A stretch of 64,000 nt of DNA, taken from Acidobacteriota bacterium. GTDB taxonomy: Bacteria > Acidobacteriota > Polarisedimenticolia > Polarisedimenticolales > JAIQFR01. Made by a program: the position numbers and the translations under genes. The stretch covers positions 278 to 64,277 of the forward strand of contig JBGQAU010000004.1 of the NCBI GenBank assembly GCA_041494445.1, written 5' to 3'. This document shows, piece by piece, positions 35,417-44,906 of this stretch (positions are counted from its first letter, which is position 1; the number at the start of each line of letters is the position of its first letter). Under the pieces are notes generated by a model, which did not search any database, was not told the DNA's origin, and worked only from the letters and a program-made list of their open reading frames with translations.

Positions 35417-37936
35417 ATGTCCACGCAGATGCCGTTCCAGGGTCCTCCAGTTGATATCGCCGAAGAGCGCCGCCGGGGCCGGATCGGCGTGCAGGGCGGA
35501 GGAAGCCCCGGTAGACCCCGCGTCCAACCTCCCGAGGTCCCGCGCGCACCAGACTTGCGGCCCGACTCGTCCCGGCGGATCCTGCGCCACGGCGGCGATC
35601 GATTGCGCCCGGGACGGGAAGCTCCGATCGGCGCGGCCGTCTCGCGCCCGCAGTTCAGCGGTACCCTCGTGGCCGGTCGCCGGCGCTTCGCATGGCGGCG
35701 CCGCGCGGTGTGCCTCGTGGCCCCGCCTCTGGCGCTGCTCTTGCTCCTGGCGGCGGTCCTCGCCCACCGCGTCTACTTCGACCGGAGCGGCCTCCCCAAC
35801 CTCGAGTCCTTCCTCCGTTTCGAGCCCCCCAGGATCGGTGAGATCTACGACGACCGGGGCAAGGTCCTGATCCAGCTGGCGCGGGAGTACCGCCGGGTCG
35901 TCTCCTACTACGAGGTGCCTCCCATCCTGCGCGAGGCCATCCTGGCGGCCGAGGACAAGAACTTCTTCTCCCACTCCGGCGTGGATTACCGCGCGCTGCC
36001 ACGGGTGGTCCAGAAAACAGCCATGCATTCGCTGGCCGCATGGTGGAGGGGCGATGGGTTCCGGGTGCTCTTCCCCCAGGGTGGCTCGACGCTCACGCAA
36101 CAGCTCGTCCGCAGCTACTTCCTCCAGGATCTGACGATCCGTGAGAACAGCGGTTTCCTCATCGGCCACGGACTGACGACGCGAGTCCTCTCAGCGGTCC
36201 TGGGTGTTCGAGTCACGAACAAACTCTTTCGGAAGATGGAGGAGGTCCGCCTGTCGTTCTGGCTCGAGGAGGAGATGCGCCGGCGCTGCGGATCGCTCGA
36301 CCAGGCCAAGCGCGAGATCTTCGCCCGCTACGCCAGCTTCATCTACCTGGGCAACGGTCGCTACGGATTCGCCGCCGCCTCGGAGTATTACTTCGGCAAG
36401 CCCCTGTCGAGCTACACCCCGGAGGACGCGGGGAAGGCGGCGCTGCTGGCGGGGATCAGCAAGTCGCCCAGGTCTTACGCTCCGGTGCCCGGCAATGCGC
36501 GGCCCCTGCGCCGCCGCAACGGGATCCTGGCCCTCATGGCGGGCAACGGATGCATCTCCGAGGGCCTCGCGGCGCGCTGCCAGGCCGAGCCGATCCGCGT
36601 GGCGGAGCGCAGCCTGGTCAGGACCGACGCTCCCGGCGCTATTGCGAACGTCCTCGAGGAGCTGAAGCAGCACGGCGGGAGCCGTTTCGGGATCGAGGAC
36701 CTGCTTCAGGGGCGGATCTCGGTCCGCTCCACGGTGGACGGCCGGGTGCAGACCGTCGTGAACGAAGCCCTGGAGAACGGCCTGGCCCTCTACGAGAAGC
36801 GGCACCGCAAATCGAAGGGGTTGATCCAGGGATCGGTGGTGGTGCTGCGCAACGCGGACGCGGCGATCCTCGCCGAAGCGGGCGGGCGACAGGTCTTCAA
36901 GGAACGCTCCACGCGGTACTCCGACCTGAACCGCGTCACGGGCTCGTTACGGCAGCCGGGCTCCGCGTGGAAGCCGATCGTGTACCTGGCCGCATTCCGC
37001 CAGGGGCTCGACCTCGACACGGCAGTGCCCGACGAGCCCATCGAGGTCCCCCTGGGCGCCGATCGCGGTGTGAAGTGGATCGCGAACTACGACAACCAGT
37101 TCAAGGGCCTGATCCCGGTTCGCCAGGCCCTGGCCGAGTCCCGCAACGCCGTGGCCGTGTGGATCGCCCGCGAGATCGGCGTGGCCGAGGTGAACCGGAC
37201 CGCCCGGCAGCTGGGCATCCGCACTCCGCTGCAGCAGTACATCAGCACGGCGCTGGGTGCGTCGGAGGTGCGGCTGCTTGAGCTGGCGGGCGCCTATCGC
37301 GCCATGGCTTCAGGGGTCCTGCCGGAGCCCCACGTCATCGCCCGAGTAACCGACGCCTCCGGTGGTGTCGTGCTCTACGAGGCGCCCCGGACCGGGCCGG
37401 ACATCGGCTCGGACGGGCCGAGCGCCGCCGAGCTGAGCCTGATCCAGGAGGGGCTGCGCGGGGTGGTCCGCCTGCCGGAAGGCACGGCCCACACCCTCGA
37501 CAGCCTCGACTTCCCGATCCCGGTGATGGGCAAGACCGGGACGACGAGCGACTTCCGCGACGCGCTGTTCGTCGGATCCACGTACGGGCGGCAGGGGATC
37601 ACGGTGGCGGTCCGCATCGGCTTCGACGACAACCGCGCGCTGGGCGAGAAGGAGACCGGGTCGCGCGCAGCGCTGCCGATCTTCCGCGAGATCATGCTCC
37701 GCCTTTACAAGGACCAGCTGGTGGGGCCCCTGCCGCAGTTTCCCTGCGAAATCGAGGCGCGGATCGACGAGTACCTGGCGACGCAGGCCGTGCGGGAGGC
37801 TTGGCGCGACGAGCGTCCACCGGCCCTCGAAGACGGACTGACCTTCCTGCCCCCGAAGATCTCGGCTTCCCGGACCCTCCTGCACCGCTCCACCTGCGAC
37901 TCTTCGGAGACGGCTGCAGTCGCGTCGGTGCGCTGA
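35417..37936 (+). CDS. Class A penicillin-binding protein (PBP1A: glycosyltransferase + transpeptidase)
   Basis: EDKNFFSHSGVD and GGSTLTQQ mark the GT51 domain. GSAWKP (SxxK), SRN and KTGTT mark the transpeptidase domain. The start is uncertain. Confidence 0.85.
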   Translation: MSTQMPFQGPPVDIAEERRRGRIGVQGGGSPGRPRVQPPEVPRAPDLRPDSSRRILRHGGDRLRPGREAPIGAAVSRPQFSGTLVAGRRRFAWRRRAVCLVAPPLALLLLLAAVLAHRVYFDRSGLPNLESFLRFEPPRIGEIYDDRGKVLIQLAREYRRVVSYYEVPPILREAILAAEDKNFFSHSGVDYRALPRVVQKTAMHSLAAWWRGDGFRVLFPQGGSTLTQQLVRSYFLQDLTIRENSGFLIGHGLTTRVLSAVLGVRVTNKLFRKMEEVRLSFWLEEEMRRRCGSLDQAKREIFARYASFIYLGNGRYGFAAASEYYFGKPLSSYTPEDAGKAALLAGISKSPRSYAPVPGNARPLRRRNGILALMAGNGCISEGLAARCQAEPIRVAERSLVRTDAPGAIANVLEELKQHGGSRFGIEDLLQGRISVRSTVDGRVQTVVNEALENGLALYEKRHRKSKGLIQGSVVVLRNADAAILAEAGGRQVFKERSTRYSDLNRVTGSLRQPGSAWKPIVYLAAFRQGLDLDTAVPDEPIEVPLGADRGVKWIANYDNQFKGLIPVRQALAESRNAVAVWIAREIGVAEVNRTARQLGIRTPLQQYISTALGASEVRLLELAGAYRAMASGVLPEPHVIARVTDASGGVVLYEAPRTGPDIGSDGPSAAELSLIQEGLRGVVRLPEGTAHTLDSLDFPIPVMGKTGTTSDFRDALFVGSTYGRQGITVAVRIGFDDNRALGEKETGSRAALPIFREIMLRLYKDQLVGPLPQFPCEIEARIDEYLATQAVREAWRDERPPALEDGLTFLPPKISASRTLLHRSTCDSSETAAVASVR

Positions 37937-38022
37937 GCCGCCGTGAGGATGTTCCTGCCGATCGATTCAGAGACCGTGGGGTCGCCGGCGCTACGTTCGC
38001 ACCCGCACTCTCCGATCCCGTC

Positions 38023-38042
38023 GGTAGGGTTACACCCCATAT
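38023..38042 (+). promoter_or_regulatory. Conserved motif, site 6 (GGTAGGGTTACACCCCATAT)
   Basis: It lies 341 nt upstream of the DUF3494 lipoprotein gene. Confidence 0.45.
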
Positions 38043-38383
38043 ACGGATCGACGCCGGCGACAAACAATGATGACGTTCGTCTGCAACTGAAACCGTCGTC
38101 GAGGTGACCCGTGAGTTCTGGATCCGCGCATAAGTTGTCCGGGTGGTCCCAGGGCTCCCCAGCGGTCCCGCCAGAGCCCGTGGCGCACGAGCCACGAGCG
38201 AGCTTCCGGCCGGTCGAGAGACCCGGCCGCCGAGCGGTTGCAGCCGGTCTCGACAGGCTGGATTTGGCCGAGAGTCACGAGCAAACGCGCAGGAGTGCCC
38301 CGCGTAGGCGTGAACGCCTGCTTTTCGAACAACATTACGAATAACTCCGCGCCGAGTGCGTGGAGCCTGAGGGGAAAACGAAG

Positions 38384-39112
38384 ATGCGAAAACACAACGG
38401 TCTGGGCGTGTCAGCCACGGTCATCCCATTGCTGCTGACCGGTCTTCTCGCAGCATGCGGCGGTTCTTCCGGCGGCGGCGTTCTGAACCCGCCGTTTGGC
38501 CACGGTGGCGGGCAACCCGTGAGCCTCGGCACGGCCTCCGCTTTCGGCGTCCTGGCCGGCCAATCGGTCACGAACAGCGGAGCGACGACGATCACTGGGG
38601 ATCTCGGAATCTGGCCGGGCAACACGCTGACGGGAGCTCCATCGGTAACCGGGGCGACCCACCTCGGCGATGCGACCGCACAGAGTGCTCAGTCCGCCTT
38701 GACGGCTGCGTACAACGACGCCGCCGGACGAGCCGCAGGGAGCACGATCGCGGGCGATCTCGGTGGCCGGACCCTGGCCCCTGGCGTGTACAAGTCCACG
38801 TCAACGCTCGAGATTACCTCGGCGGACGTCACGCTCAATGCCGGGGGCAATTCGAGCGCGGTATTCGTCTTCCAGATCGCCTCCTCGCTCACGGTGGGCG
38901 TCGGTCGCCGAGTCATCCTGAGCGGCGGCGCACAGCCTTCCCAGATAACCTGGCAGGTCGGTAGCTCCGCGACGCTCGGAACGAATTCCAGTGTCTCGGG
39001 GAATATTCTCGCTTTGACAACGGTCTCGATGGGTACCGGCGCAACGCTGGACGGACGAGCGATGGCGCGGAACGGCTCGGTGACGCTCCTGGCCAATACG
39101 ATCACCCCGTGA
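38384..39112 (+). CDS. DUF3494 (ice-binding-protein-like) lipoprotein
   Basis: It has a lipobox LLAACGG. SAFGVLAGQSVTNSGATTITGDLGIWPG... and the repetitive beta-solenoid-like T/S/G-rich pattern are typical of the ice-binding family. Confidence 0.65.
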   Translation: MRKHNGLGVSATVIPLLLTGLLAACGGSSGGGVLNPPFGHGGGQPVSLGTASAFGVLAGQSVTNSGATTITGDLGIWPGNTLTGAPSVTGATHLGDATAQSAQSALTAAYNDAAGRAAGSTIAGDLGGRTLAPGVYKSTSTLEITSADVTLNAGGNSSAVFVFQIASSLTVGVGRRVILSGGAQPSQITWQVGSSATLGTNSSVSGNILALTTVSMGTGATLDGRAMARNGSVTLLANTITP

Positions 39113-39295
39113 CGCGAAAGGCGTGCGCCGAGCGCTCACGCGAGGCGTTGGCGAGTTCCGATGGGCGCTCCTCACCGGCGCCGTCGCACTCGCCCTCGTG
39201 ACGCCGCGCGCGGCGCCTCGGGGCGGGACTGGCTCACCTCCCGTGGCGGCGACGAGCGACGGGGACAGCGCTGGCGGAAAACCTGGAGGTCCCTC

Positions 39296-39315
39296 GGTAG
39301 GGTTTTGCCCCATGG
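39296..39315 (+). promoter_or_regulatory. Conserved motif, site 7 (GGTAGGGTTTTGCCCCATGG)
   Basis: It lies 163 nt upstream of the SYLF gene ATG. Confidence 0.55.
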
Positions 39316-39478
39316 ATATGGGCCCACCCACGGAATAGCATCGCTCTCGAGTCAGAAGACAGCTGGTTCCGGATCTCGCGCGGTCTTGCTCCCATCGCTT
39401 CCGTAATCCTTGTGCGGGCGCGGTGCGGGATCCGAGGCAAAGCACCACCAACAAGGAAGAAAGGAAAGGCACCAAGCC

Positions 39479-40195
39479 ATGCGGACCCGATTCATCGCGA
39501 TTCCGCTCGTACTCTTTCTGGCCCTCTCCGCGGCGGCCTCGACCGGGCTGACCAAGAAGGACAGGACGACACTGCACGAGGCCGTGGTGGTCCTCGACGC
39601 CCTCACGAGCGCCCCTGACAAGGGCATCCCGCAGGAGCTCCTCGCGAAGGCCGACTGCATCCTGATCTTTCCCTCCGTGACCAAGGCTGCCTTCGTCGTG
39701 GGGGGCAAGGGCGGTCACGGCGTCGCTTCGTGCCGCCAGCCCGACGGCAGCATGGGCTCCGCGGCGTTCTACACGGTCGGGGGTGCGAGCGTCGGCTTCC
39801 AGATCGGCGGGCAGTCGGCCGATGTCGTGATGCTCATCATGAACAAGAATGGGGTCGACCACCTCCTCGCGGACCGCTTCACAATCGGCGGCGAGGCCAC
39901 CGCCACGGCCGGCCCTGTGGGACGCACGGCCCAGGCGGCGACGGACGCGCAGATGCACGCGCAGATCCTGTCCTGGTCCCGTTCGCGCGGCCTCTTCGTC
40001 GGCGCGGCCCTCGACGGTTCGGTCGTGAAGCCGAACCAGGACGCCAACGCACGCCTGTATGGCGAGAAGACCTCCGGGAAGGAGATCCTGGTGGACTCAA
40101 AGCTCGCCGTCCCGGCCTCGGCCCGGCCCCTCGTGGATTCGATCCGCAAGCACATGGCGGCCGCCGCCGCCCACGAGAAGGCAGAGAAGAAGTGA
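39479..40195 (+). CDS. Lipid-binding SYLF (Ysc84/DUF500) domain protein, secreted
   Basis: It has a signal peptide. ILIFPSVTKAAFVVGGKGGHGV...GASVGFQIGGQSADVVMLIM is typical of the SYLF domain. Confidence 0.7.
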   Translation: MRTRFIAIPLVLFLALSAAASTGLTKKDRTTLHEAVVVLDALTSAPDKGIPQELLAKADCILIFPSVTKAAFVVGGKGGHGVASCRQPDGSMGSAAFYTVGGASVGFQIGGQSADVVMLIMNKNGVDHLLADRFTIGGEATATAGPVGRTAQAATDAQMHAQILSWSRSRGLFVGAALDGSVVKPNQDANARLYGEKTSGKEILVDSKLAVPASARPLVDSIRKHMAAAAAHEKAEKK

Positions 40196-40335
40196 GCGGA
40201 GCCCGGTGCCCCCTTCGACCCAAGAAGAGCAGATGCGGCTTCCACCCGCTCTCGACCGCCACTAGATCGAGAAGCATGTTCGCAGTTCCCGGAGCGCTTC
40301 TTTCGGAGCGCTCACTTCACACGCAGGAGACTTCA

Positions 40336-40740
40336 ATGAGAAAGATCGTATGGCTCGCAGCATTCGCAGTCATCCTCTCCACGTTGGCCATCGCGGGCCC
40401 CCAGGTCGCGGTCCTCGACGGCACGAGCTGGAAGGTCGAGGTGAAGCCGGACTCCATGGCCAAGGACAAGGGAGAGAAAGAGTTCAAGGAGACCATGACG
40501 TTCGCGGATGGCAAAATTTCCTTGAGCGCTCCGAAAGTCGGTTTCGAGGCTTCGCCCTACACCGTATCGAAAACCGGCGAGAAGAACTGGACCTTCAAGG
40601 CGGAGCGGACTAGCGAGGGCGAAGGCAGCTCGGTCTGGACAGGAACCGTTCACGGCAACGACGTCGAAGGCAAGTTGATCTGGACGAAGAACGACGGAGC
40701 CGTTCTGACCTACACCTTCAAGGGTCACAAGCTCGATTGA
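40336..40740 (+). CDS. Small secreted protein, hypothetical (134 aa)
   Basis: It has an AGGAGA RBS and a signal peptide (MRKIVWLAAFAVILSTLAIAG). I recognised no family. Confidence 0.5.
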   Translation: MRKIVWLAAFAVILSTLAIAGPQVAVLDGTSWKVEVKPDSMAKDKGEKEFKETMTFADGKISLSAPKVGFEASPYTVSKTGEKNWTFKAERTSEGEGSSVWTGTVHGNDVEGKLIWTKNDGAVLTYTFKGHKLD

Positions 40741-40808
40741 GCCAGTCTTGAACCTGAGGATGGCTCCCCCGGTCTCTCGGCCCGGGGAGCTTGCTCCGGG
40801 CCCGCGCC

Positions 40809-43004
40809 TCAGGGATGGGGGCCGAGCCGCGGGTCCATCTCGCCCAGGAGGTGCTTGGCGCCGTCCACGTCGGTCATCACCCAGAGCATGTAGCGCACGT
40901 CGACCAGGATCGACCGCGTACGCACGGGGTCGAAGACGATGTCCGATCCGACCGTGTCGAAGGTGCCGTCGAAGAGCAGCCCGACCAGCTCGCCCCTGGC
41001 GTTCAGCGCGGGAGAGCCCGAGTTGCCCCCCGTGGTGTCCACCGTGGCCAGGAAGTTCACCGGCACGTCGCCGAGCCTGGGGGTCGCGTAGGGCGTCTTC
41101 TTGCCGGCGCGGAGCGCGGCGATCGCGTCCAGCTCGGCCTTGGGCGCGTCGAAGGGGGACTTGCCGGTGTGCTTCTCCACGATCCCGGCGAGCGTCGTCT
41201 GCGGCAGGTACACGAGCCCGTCGCGCGCGCCGACCCCCTCGACCTTGCCGAACGTCACCCGCAGGGTGCCGTTGGCGTCGGGCGGGAGGAGGCCGCCCGA
41301 GAACTCCAGCAGCGCGCGGACGTACCGCGGCGTGAGCCGCGAGCGCAGTCCCTCGTTCTTCTTGTCGCGCTCCTCGATCTCCTCCCTCGCCGGGTACAGG
41401 AGCGCGGCCAGATCGATGAAGCTGTCCTTGGCCGAGAGCACCTCGGCGGTGGGCTTCTCGAGGAGCCCGAGGCGCAGCGCCAGGTCGGAGAGCCGCGTCC
41501 CCGCGTAGACCTTGTCGAGGAACGCGTCGATCGCGCGCCCGGCGTCGGCGTCGCTCATCCCGGCGGCGAGCCCGGCGGCCGCGTCCAGCGGCGCGACGCG
41601 CGAGCCGGCGGGCAGGCGTGCCGCCTCGAGCAGGCCGTAGCGGAACAGCGCGCGGTCGACCCTGAGGTCGAGCGTCTTCTGCTGCCGCTCGTCGCGCTCG
41701 CGGATCCGCTTCCAGTTGCGCTCCTGGTAGTCGGGGTCGCGATCGAGGTCCGCCTTCGCCCGCTCGAGCGAGAGCTTGTAGATCGTCCCGGCCGACACGA
41801 GCAGCGTGGATCCGGACGTGACCGCGCGGAGAGCGGAATCTCGCTCGCGGGTCCTGTTCTCCTCCGCGGTCAGGGCGTCGAGCGCCGGAAGAACGTCCCC
41901 GTACTCCTTCAGACGCGCGAGGTCGGCCGCGATCCATGCGGTGAGCGTCTTCTCGCGCGCTTCCTTGGCGCCGAGGAGGTTGGCCTGGAGGAGGCCCTTC
42001 AGCTTTCCGCGGTTGTTGGTGAGGCCGTTGTTGAGGCCGCGCACCCGGTTGGCGACCTTGATCCGGATCTCCGGGTCGTCGCGCGACACGTCCTCGAGGA
42101 TCGCCAGCTGGTCCTCCGAGCGCTTGATCTGCCGCGGGAGCGTCCACTCGGTCATCCGCCGGATCGCCGAGTATGTCTCCATCCTGCGGGTCGAGCCCGG
42201 GTAGCCGACGACGAAGACCGGATCGCCCGGTTCGACCCCCTTCGGGTCGATCTCGAGCCGATGCTTCGGATGGTACGGCACGTTGTCCTTCGAGAACGGC
42301 GCGGACTTTCCCTCCTTGGTGACGTACGCGCGGTAGAAGCCGAAGTCGCCCGTGTGGCGCGGCCACTGCCAGTTGTCGGTCTCGCCCCCGAACGAGCCTA
42401 TCCCGGCCGCGGGCGTGTACACGAGCCGGACGTCCTGGATCTCGAGCTGCGCGATCTCGAAGTAGCGGTACCCCTCGAAGAAGCTCGCGACGCGGCACCG
42501 GAGGCCGTCCTTCTCGCAATCCTTGATGCGCTCCTTGGTCCGTCGCTCGATGACCTCGTAGCGCGCGCGGTCGTCGATCTTCGGGTCGATGTTCCCGGTG
42601 ATCTCGTCGGTGACCTCCCTCGCCGACAGCGTCACGTAGGCGCGGCTGCCCGGCCCGGCCCACAGCTCCTCCTCCCGCGTCTTCGCGAGGTAGCCGTCCT
42701 CGAGCAGGTTGCGCGCGGCGGTCGAGTTGTACTGCAGCGCGCCGGTCACGCAGTGCTGGTTCGTGACGATCAGGCCGTCCGACGAGACGAACGACGCGCT
42801 GCAGCCGCCGAGGGAGACCACCGCTCCCATCGGATAGCCCGTGAGGTCCGCGAAGGTCTTCGGGTCGCCCTTGAAGCCGATCGCATCCAGCTGTTTCCGG
42901 AGCTCGGGAACCTGCTGCGGCATCCACATGCCCTCCTCGGCGAGGGCGGAGCAGCAGCACGCTACGATGGCGAGGAGACAGGTCAGAAGCCGGAAGCCTC
43001 TCAC
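40809..43004 (-). CDS. S46-family dipeptidyl-peptidase (DPP7/DPP11-like)
   Basis: EGMWMPQQ follows the signal peptide, and IVTNQHC and GGNSGSP (catalytic Ser context) are present. The GTG start at 43004 is preceded by GGGAGG. Confidence 0.8.
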   Translation of the reverse strand: MRGFRLLTCLLAIVACCCSALAEEGMWMPQQVPELRKQLDAIGFKGDPKTFADLTGYPMGAVVSLGGCSASFVSSDGLIVTNQHCVTGALQYNSTAARNLLEDGYLAKTREEELWAGPGSRAYVTLSAREVTDEITGNIDPKIDDRARYEVIERRTKERIKDCEKDGLRCRVASFFEGYRYFEIAQLEIQDVRLVYTPAAGIGSFGGETDNWQWPRHTGDFGFYRAYVTKEGKSAPFSKDNVPYHPKHRLEIDPKGVEPGDPVFVVGYPGSTRRMETYSAIRRMTEWTLPRQIKRSEDQLAILEDVSRDDPEIRIKVANRVRGLNNGLTNNRGKLKGLLQANLLGAKEAREKTLTAWIAADLARLKEYGDVLPALDALTAEENRTRERDSALRAVTSGSTLLVSAGTIYKLSLERAKADLDRDPDYQERNWKRIRERDERQQKTLDLRVDRALFRYGLLEAARLPAGSRVAPLDAAAGLAAGMSDADAGRAIDAFLDKVYAGTRLSDLALRLGLLEKPTAEVLSAKDSFIDLAALLYPAREEIEERDKKNEGLRSRLTPRYVRALLEFSGGLLPPDANGTLRVTFGKVEGVGARDGLVYLPQTTLAGIVEKHTGKSPFDAPKAELDAIAALRAGKKTPYATPRLGDVPVNFLATVDTTGGNSGSPALNARGELVGLLFDGTFDTVGSDIVFDPVRTRSILVDVRYMLWVMTDVDGAKHLLGEMDPRLGPHP

Positions 43005-43198
43005 GCGAACCTCCCTTGGTTTTCGGTGACCGGGATATTCTGTCACGAACGGGTCCCGCCGCGAGGTAGGATCGCCCCTCGTGCTCCACCGACACCGCTT
43101 TCGAACTATGATTCGCCACCGGGCCCGTCGTGAGCGCCCTGAGGCCCGCGACCCGAATCCGCTGGGAGCGAGCGCGACAAGGCAAGGGAGGAAACGAC

Positions 43199-43555
43199 AT
43201 GACTCAGGAAACCGGGCAACCCAAACAGTTCTCCGGCGAGCTTCCCGCCGCCCGTCCCGTGAAGTTGGACGAGCTGGTGAGCTACGCCCCGGGCTCGGTC
43301 GTCAGCCGCACGCTGGTGAAGAACGCCGCGGGAACGATCACGCTGTTCGCGTTCGATGCCGGCCAGGGTCTGAGCGAGCACTCGGCGCCGTACGACGCCG
43401 TGGTTCAGGTCCTCGACGGCGCGGTGACTCTCTCCATCGGCGGCAAGGCGGTGCCGGCCGCCGCCGGAGAAACGGTCCTCATGCCCGCGAACGTCCCCCA
43501 CGCCGTGCACGCGTCGCAGCGGTTCAAGATGGTGCTCACGATGATCCGCGGATAG
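43199..43555 (+). CDS. Cupin-domain protein
   Basis: It is a 118-aa small beta-barrel. GLSEHSAPYDAVVQVLDG...PANVPHAV is a cupin motif pair. The RBS is AAGGGAGG. Confidence 0.65.
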   Translation: MTQETGQPKQFSGELPAARPVKLDELVSYAPGSVVSRTLVKNAAGTITLFAFDAGQGLSEHSAPYDAVVQVLDGAVTLSIGGKAVPAAAGETVLMPANVPHAVHASQRFKMVLTMIRG

Positions 43556-43601
43556 TACCGCGCGGGCCGGACCGCAAGCTTCTCGACGCCAGGAGGAGGA
43601 G

Positions 43602-44906
43602 ATGTCCATGAAGGTATCCCGGGTGTTGACGGTGATGGGGCTGCTTCTGACGGCGCTCGCGATCCGCGCCGCCGACGCTCCCAACTGCGTCGGCTGTCAC
43701 GGGTCGAAGGGGATCGCCGGGAGCGCCCTGCGGGACTGGAAGACCTCGAAGCACGCGGCGAACGACGTGGGCTGCGCAACCTGCCACCTGACCGGAGACA
43801 CGACGAAGAAGACCAGCGCCTGCGACACGAGCGGGGTGGTCCGCGCCGTCCCCGGGAAGATCTGCGGCGAGTGCCACGGGGAGCAGTTCGGGCAATTCGC
43901 GCACAGCAAGCACGCCGCCGCGTGGATCGCGATGGATGCGATGCCCACCACGAAGGACCAGCCCAAGGCGATGATGGACGGGATGAAGGGGTGCGGCGGC
44001 TGCCACCGGGTCGGCTACGACACGGGGCGCTGCGACTCGTGCCACACGCGGCACCTCTTCTCGGCGGCGGAGGCCCGTCGGCCCGAGGCCTGCGCGACGT
44101 GCCACATGGGGTTCGACCACCCGCAGTGGGAGATGTACTCCACGTCGAAGCACGGCGTGATCTACTCCCTGGGCGCGCCGGATTGGGACTGGGACATGCC
44201 ACTGTCCGAGTGGTTCAAGGACCCCTCGAAGCCCAGCACCGGTCCGCGCGCCCCGACGTGCGCCTTCTGCCACATGCCCAACGGCAACCACGGCGTTCGG
44301 ACCTCGTGGGGATTTCTCGCCGTCCGGCTGCCCGAGGACGACGCGGAGTGGATGAAGGACCGCGCCACGATCCTCCAGGGCCTCGGGGTCCTCGACAAGG
44401 AGGGCAAGCCGACCGCCCGCCTGGACGTGGTCAAGGCGGGCGACGTGGCCCGTCTCACCAAGGAGTCGTGGCAGGCCGAGCGCGATCGGATGCTCGGGCA
44501 GTGCGGCAAGTGCCACGCGCCCTCGTTCGCCAAGGAGGAGCTCGGGAAGGGAGACGAGATCCTCAAGGCGGCGGACCACCTGATGGCCGAGGCGATCCGC
44601 GAGGTCGACGGGCTCTACCGCGACGGGATTCTCGAGGAGCCGAAGGACCGCCCGTTCCACGTGGACGTCCTGCGCTTCTACGAGGTCCAGCACCCGATCG
44701 AGCAGAAGCTGTACGTCATGCTCATGGAGCACCGGATGCGGACGTTCCAGGGCGCGTTCCACATGAACCCGGATTACCAGCACTGGTACGGCTGGGCCGA
44801 GATGAAACGCGACCTCGCGGAGATCCGGTCCGAGGCGGCGACGCTTCGCCGCGAGCGCCCGAAGGCGGCGCCGGCCGCGAAGACCGCGCCGGCCAGGAAG
44901 AAGTAG
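43602..44906 (+). CDS. Octaheme c-type cytochrome, hydroxylamine-oxidoreductase (HAO)-like
   Basis: It has a signal peptide and eight CxxCH motifs: CVGCH, CATCH, CGECH, CGGCH, CDSCH, CATCH, CAFCH and CGKCH. The second ATG at 43608 has better RBS spacing. Confidence 0.6.
   Translation: MSMKVSRVLTVMGLLLTALAIRAADAPNCVGCHGSKGIAGSALRDWKTSKHAANDVGCATCHLTGDTTKKTSACDTSGVVRAVPGKICGECHGEQFGQFAHSKHAAAWIAMDAMPTTKDQPKAMMDGMKGCGGCHRVGYDTGRCDSCHTRHLFSAAEARRPEACATCHMGFDHPQWEMYSTSKHGVIYSLGAPDWDWDMPLSEWFKDPSKPSTGPRAPTCAFCHMPNGNHGVRTSWGFLAVRLPEDDAEWMKDRATILQGLGVLDKEGKPTARLDVVKAGDVARLTKESWQAERDRMLGQCGKCHAPSFAKEELGKGDEILKAADHLMAEAIREVDGLYRDGILEEPKDRPFHVDVLRFYEVQHPIEQKLYVMLMEHRMRTFQGAFHMNPDYQHWYGWAEMKRDLAEIRSEAATLRRERPKAAPAAKTAPARKK

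Noticed and set aside
39296-39315. Reading the motif as a sigma-54 (-24 GG / -12 GC) promoter.
   Set aside because: Only site 7 (and partly site 4) has a GC at a roughly suitable position. The GG-to-GC spacing is off by one, and the other sites have ACCCC instead of TGC.
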